Of a stretch of 64,000 nucleotides of DNA, positions 59,929-64,000 are shown in pieces (the first letter of the stretch is position 1; the number at the start of each line of letters is the position of its first letter). The stretch lies in contig CAZNEW010000006.1 of the NCBI GenBank assembly GCA_964572515.1, positions 33,267-97,266 on the forward strand, given 5' to 3'. The DNA is from an uncultured Candidatus Obscuribacterales bacterium (lineage in GTDB: Bacteria > Cyanobacteriota > Vampirovibrionia > Obscuribacterales > Obscuribacteraceae). The position numbers were made by a program, and so were the translations under genes. A model generated the notes under the pieces. It saw only the letters and a program-made list of their open reading frames with translations, was not told where the DNA came from and searched no databases.

Positions 59929-62091
59929 ATGACTAATTCGGGCAAATCGGAAAAGGTTTTCTGTCTAAACTGTGCGCGCAGATTCACAGAAGATATTCGT
60001 TATTGTCCAGACGACAATACTGAATTAGTGCCAATTGCTACCGAAGGTCTGATTGGCAAAGTTTTTGCAGACAAATACCTGGTAGAGTCTGTGCTTGGCA
60101 AAGGCGGAATGAGCACCGTATATAAAGCCAAACAGACTTACATGGAGCGCATAGTGGCGCTTAAACTATTACACCCTCAACTGGTATCAGATCCAACCAG
60201 TGTGCAGCGCTTTTCGCAAGAAGCAAAAGCAGCTGCAAGCTTGTCACATCCAAATATCATAACGGTCTATGATTTTGGTATCACGTCCACAGGCGAAGCT
60301 TACCTTGTAATGGACTATTTAGTTGGCTCTTCTCTGTCTTCGATTTTAGATATGAGCGGCCCTATTCCAGAAGCCGAAGCGCTCGATATATTCAGACAAA
60401 TTTGCCGGGGACTTGTTCACGCTCACAACAAAGGAATCGTGCACCGCGATCTCAAACCCGCCAATCTGGTCCTCACTGCGGACGACGATGGTTCTGTACT
60501 TGTGCGCATAGTTGATTTTGGTATCGCAAAAATTCTGCCTTCAGACGGAGAAGCATCACAAGGACTGACAAAAACCGGAGATATTTTTGGAAGTCCGCTA
60601 TACATGAGCCCAGAACAATGGACGGCAAGCAAACTCGACTATAGGTCCGACATCTATTCTCTGGGTTGTGTGATGTATGAAATTTTGACCGGCATGCCAC
60701 CATTCGCCGGCGACACTCCTATGGATACAATGAACCTGCACTTAAACGAGCCAGCACCGCCGTTTCGAGAAACAAATCCGCACGTAAAAATATCCAAAGA
60801 ATTAGAACAAGTGGTGCAAACCTGCCTTGAGAAAAAAGTAAATCACCGATATCAAACAGTGTCAGAAGTTTTACACGCACTTCCAGACGCTGGTGCATCG
60901 CCTGTTTCTAGCCAGACTGGGACTGTTATAGTTAAACTCAATCAAATGGTCGAGTCTGCCCAACAAAAGTCTGGCGGCTCGCAAAACTCAGTACAAACCT
61001 CTAAGCAAAAAACCGTCATAGATAGTCGCCGTCCCCGTGCTATCAGAAAACTGATTAAAGAGTCACGCACCAAACTCGGTATCATATCAAGCGTTGGTCT
61101 TGTAGTACTACTTTTGTTTTTATTTTTGTATCCCGGACCAGAAGAAGACCCCGGGTCACCTGCAGCTAAAACTTATTGGCAGTTATTGATGACAGCAAGC
61201 AACTGGGCAACCAGTAGCGGCAATTATGGATTGTCTGAAAAACTGATGAATACAGCCATGAAAGACCTCGATCAAAATGTAGGAGGTTTTTCACGCAAGT
61301 TCGAAACAATGCGCAGTTTGAATAATCTATATGTTGCAACAGGCAAAACGAAAGAGCAAGAAGCTCTTCAGAACAAAATGTATGATCTTTATACGCAAGA
61401 GTATGAAAATCGCGGCAAACATCTAATAGAGATGCTCACAGAGACCGAAAATTACATCAAGCAGTTAGAGGCACAAGGCGATTCAGTCCGCACTCATATG
61501 TCTGACCGCCGTTTAAATTGGTCTGGCTCGGTAACCAAAATCATTGCTGTGGCAAGAAGTCTTGAAGAAGTCTATTCATTTGAGCTTGAATACAAGCTGC
61601 TCGACATGGCAGAACGCGTTTTGACAAAACTATATGGCGTCAGATTTCATGGACTGGCTCCATTGAAGCTCGAACGAGCCGACTTTTTGATGCTCTTAGA
61701 CCGCATTGATGAAATCAAAGCAAGACGCTTATACGAAGATGCGTTTGCCATAAGCGGTTATTGCACCAAACACAAAAAAATGGAATTTCACGATGACATA
61801 GATTATTTACGGGCACTACTTCGCTTAGGTCAATGGCAGCGTGATTACGGAAACCCTGATGATGCGGGCAAAACGCTCGATACAGCAATCAAACTGGCAG
61901 AGAAAAACAAAGAAATCAGCAAGTTCGAACTTGCAAACTTCTACATTAGCTATTCAAATTATTTGCAACAAGTCGGCAAAATTACCGAAGCCACTGCAAT
62001 CAAAAAGAAAGCACAAGAAATGGGACACACTCCTGACTATGCAGCAATTTTAAAAGAACGAGAAAAAGAGAAAGAAGATGACAATGACTGA
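59929..62091 (+). CDS. Ser/Thr protein kinase with N-terminal zinc-ribbon-like segment, TM helix and C-terminal TPR-like domain
   Basis: GKGGMSTVYKA...ALK, HRDLKPANL, DFGIAK, SPEQ. TM helix LGIISSVGLVVLLLFLFLY. Confidence 0.9.
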   Translation: MTNSGKSEKVFCLNCARRFTEDIRYCPDDNTELVPIATEGLIGKVFADKYLVESVLGKGGMSTVYKAKQTYMERIVALKLLHPQLVSDPTSVQRFSQEAKAAASLSHPNIITVYDFGITSTGEAYLVMDYLVGSSLSSILDMSGPIPEAEALDIFRQICRGLVHAHNKGIVHRDLKPANLVLTADDDGSVLVRIVDFGIAKILPSDGEASQGLTKTGDIFGSPLYMSPEQWTASKLDYRSDIYSLGCVMYEILTGMPPFAGDTPMDTMNLHLNEPAPPFRETNPHVKISKELEQVVQTCLEKKVNHRYQTVSEVLHALPDAGASPVSSQTGTVIVKLNQMVESAQQKSGGSQNSVQTSKQKTVIDSRRPRAIRKLIKESRTKLGIISSVGLVVLLLFLFLYPGPEEDPGSPAAKTYWQLLMTASNWATSSGNYGLSEKLMNTAMKDLDQNVGGFSRKFETMRSLNNLYVATGKTKEQEALQNKMYDLYTQEYENRGKHLIEMLTETENYIKQLEAQGDSVRTHMSDRRLNWSGSVTKIIAVARSLEEVYSFELEYKLLDMAERVLTKLYGVRFHGLAPLKLERADFLMLLDRIDEIKARRLYEDAFAISGYCTKHKKMEFHDDIDYLRALLRLGQWQRDYGNPDDAGKTLDTAIKLAEKNKEISKFELANFYISYSNYLQQVGKITEATAIKKKAQEMGHTPDYAAILKEREKEKEDDND

Positions 62092-63079
62092 AACAGCGCT
62101 CAAATGTCACGCAATTAGAGCCGAAAGTACTGGTGACCACTCGGTGCTTCAGTTCAAAGAAATAGAACTGGCGCCACCACAGCCGCACGAAGTGCGAGTA
62201 AAAATAATGGCTGCCGGAATCAACTTTATCGATATTTACGAAAGACGGGGTAGTTATCCCGTTCCTACACCTTACACTGTCGGTCGCGAAGGTGCGGGCA
62301 TAATAGATGCGGTGGGAAGCGACGTTAAGAATTTCAAGAGTGGCGATAGAGTGGCATTTTGTGCTCACCGATCGGGCGCATACAGTCAATATGCAAATGT
62401 TTGTGCAGATCTTTTGATTCCACTTCCAGAAACACTTTCATTCGAGCAAGGCGCTGCCTTTCCATTGCAAGGAATGACTGCCCACTATTTGATTTTCGAA
62501 TTCTATAAAATCACTCCCGACTCGACTGTTCTTATTCACGCAGCTGCAGGCGGAATGGGGCTATTGCTCTGCCAGTGGACTCGTCATCTAAAAGCAAAAA
62601 TAATTGGAACCACATCTAGCGAAGACAAAGCGATACTTGCGCGAGAAGCTGGATGCGACAAAGTGGTTATTTACACACAGCAAGACTTTGTCCAGGCATG
62701 CAAGGAATACACCAACGCTAAAGGGGTCGACTACATCATAGATGGAGTGGGCAAAACTACCTTTATGCAAGATCTTGAAGCTGTTCGCACGCGCGGTCAC
62801 ATCACCATTTATGGCTCAGCCTCCGGACGCGCAGAGCCAATCTCGCCAAACATTTTGCAACAAAAATCAATAACTCTTCACGGCGGCTCTCTTGGCTGCT
62901 TTATGCAAGATGGCACTGAAATGCGCATGAGAGCAAATGCTGTACTTGAAGGCATTGAGCAAAAATGGCTTAAATTAAGAATTGGCGAAGCTTTCCCTCT
63001 TCAACTAGCTGGCAAAGCACAGAATCTTCTTGAAACACGCCAGACCAGTGGAAAGGTTGTTTTAACGGTCGAACATTAA
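62078..63079 (+). CDS. qor: NADPH:quinone oxidoreductase (zinc-type ADH superfamily, Qor-like)
   Basis: GINFIDIYERRGSYP, GREGAGIIDAVG, AAAGGMGLLLCQW nucleotide-binding motif. Overlaps the kinase gene by 14 nt. Confidence 0.8.
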   Translation: MTMTETALKCHAIRAESTGDHSVLQFKEIELAPPQPHEVRVKIMAAGINFIDIYERRGSYPVPTPYTVGREGAGIIDAVGSDVKNFKSGDRVAFCAHRSGAYSQYANVCADLLIPLPETLSFEQGAAFPLQGMTAHYLIFEFYKITPDSTVLIHAAAGGMGLLLCQWTRHLKAKIIGTTSSEDKAILAREAGCDKVVIYTQQDFVQACKEYTNAKGVDYIIDGVGKTTFMQDLEAVRTRGHITIYGSASGRAEPISPNILQQKSITLHGGSLGCFMQDGTEMRMRANAVLEGIEQKWLKLRIGEAFPLQLAGKAQNLLETRQTSGKVVLTVEH

Positions 63080-63125
63080 ACCGAGTTCGACTCAATAGTT
63101 ACTATGGTAGGATCTTTGGACTCAA

Positions 63126-63785
63126 ATGGAGCCAGTGATTATGCTCGACTTCAAACAAATAGACACCAGCTTGAACAAAGGCAAAGCCGACATCGTCGCT
63201 TTATCGCATTTGTTCTATAGCAAAAATTGGTCTCTCGCCACATCGAGCAATTACAGCGTCGTTCTTTGCAAAGACCCGCTCAATTTATTAATTACTGCAA
63301 GCGGAAAAGACAAGCAATATCTCAGCGAAAATGACTTTGTCACAGTTGATAAAAATGGCGAAATAATCAATTCTCAAAACGGCGATCTGAAGCAATCTGC
63401 CGAAACTTTATTACATACCACTATTGCATCAAAACCAGGTGTTGGAGCAGTTCTTCATACTCACTCAATAGCATCTACAGTTCTGTCAAAAAAATATTGC
63501 TCAAAAGAATTTCTTGAGATCCAAGGCTTTGAGATGATCAAAGCAATGAATCTTGATGGCGTGAAAGTCACACACGAAACATGTATAAAATTGCCTATAT
63601 TTGCTAATTCGCAAGACATGGTGGCATTATCCAGTATTGTCGATCAAAACTATGACAAACTACCAAAAGGCTTTCTTATAGCCGGTCATGGGCTATACAG
63701 CTGGGGCAAAGACCTCAGCGAAGCTAAAAGACATATCGAAGGATACGAATTTTTGTTTGAAGTCTTACTCAAATCGGGCTGGTAA
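63126..63785 (+). CDS. mtnB: methylthioribulose-1-phosphate dehydratase (class II aldolase/adducin family)
   Basis: NWSLATSSNYSV...LITASGKDKQYL...QSAETLLHTTI...GAVLHTHS pattern. Followed by the mtnD-like gene. Confidence 0.75.
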   Translation: MEPVIMLDFKQIDTSLNKGKADIVALSHLFYSKNWSLATSSNYSVVLCKDPLNLLITASGKDKQYLSENDFVTVDKNGEIINSQNGDLKQSAETLLHTTIASKPGVGAVLHTHSIASTVLSKKYCSKEFLEIQGFEMIKAMNLDGVKVTHETCIKLPIFANSQDMVALSSIVDQNYDKLPKGFLIAGHGLYSWGKDLSEAKRHIEGYEFLFEVLLKSGW

Positions 63786-63788
63786 CTT

Positions 63789-64000
63789 ATGGCAAAACTG
63801 AATGTTCCAGAAAAATCACTTACTCTAACCGACCCCGCTGAGATAAAAGCATATGTAGAGCCTTATTCTATGTGGTTTGAGCACTGGGATGTGGAGTCGA
63901 GACTTCCATCTCAATTGGTTTCGAATGAAGAAATTCTTGAGATATTCAAACCCGAAATTGAAATGCTTTCTTCACGCGGCGGCTTCGTGACAGCTGATGT
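63789..64000 (+). CDS. mtnD: acireductone dioxygenase (ARD), N-terminal fragment (3' end outside window)
   Basis: The ATG at 63789 is 4 nt after the mtnB stop. The N-terminal pattern is consistent with ARD. The context is methionine salvage. Confidence 0.55.
   Translation, partial: MAKLNVPEKSLTLTDPAEIKAYVEPYSMWFEHWDVESRLPSQLVSNEEILEIFKPEIEMLSSRGGFVTAD

Overview
This is a moderately AT-rich bacterial chromosomal segment, densely coding on both strands. No transposase, integrase, CRISPR array or prophage is visible. Lineage is a guess only: the 23S 5' end (GGATACCTAGGC) looks like the cyanobacteria/Melainabacteria type.

Main content:
- An unusual rRNA locus. A tRNA-Ile(GAU)/tRNA-Ala(UGC) pair has no 16S gene upstream. 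An XRE regulator and a hybrid histidine kinase separate it from an otherwise intact 23S-5S unit, which has its own processing stem and terminator.
- tRNA-Gln(CUG) lies near glnS.
- Housekeeping and metabolic genes: GDPD phosphodiesterase, nitronate monooxygenase-like, ArfB, tandem Usp, a GT2/GT-C operon, MoeZ plus a ThiS-like carrier, Qor, MtnB/MtnD.
- Many signalling genes: two hybrid histidine kinases, one PAS histidine kinase, REC-HPt, a CheY-like regulator and a Ser/Thr kinase.
- Many secreted, TPR or unknown proteins that occur as paralog pairs.

Most notable observations:
1. A monocistronic retron-type reverse transcriptase (NAxxH, YVDD and VTG motifs) carries a WYL-like C-terminal extension and has no same-strand effector. 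It lies next to a divergent pair of Zn-ribbon/TM/SAF/RHH-like paralogs and near a homolog of phage thymidine-hypermodification enzymes.
2. A TPR-thioredoxin gene has an in-frame TGA exactly at the first Cys of the CXXC motif (W-U-P-P-C), with a possible SECIS hairpin. It is a candidate selenoprotein.
3. A dispersed family of about 30-nt palindromes centred on CCGTTAACGG shows compensatory arm changes. Two copies donate the last codons and the stop codon to genes.
4. A second gene is split by a single in-frame TGA.

All functional calls rest on motif recognition by eye. No searches were run.
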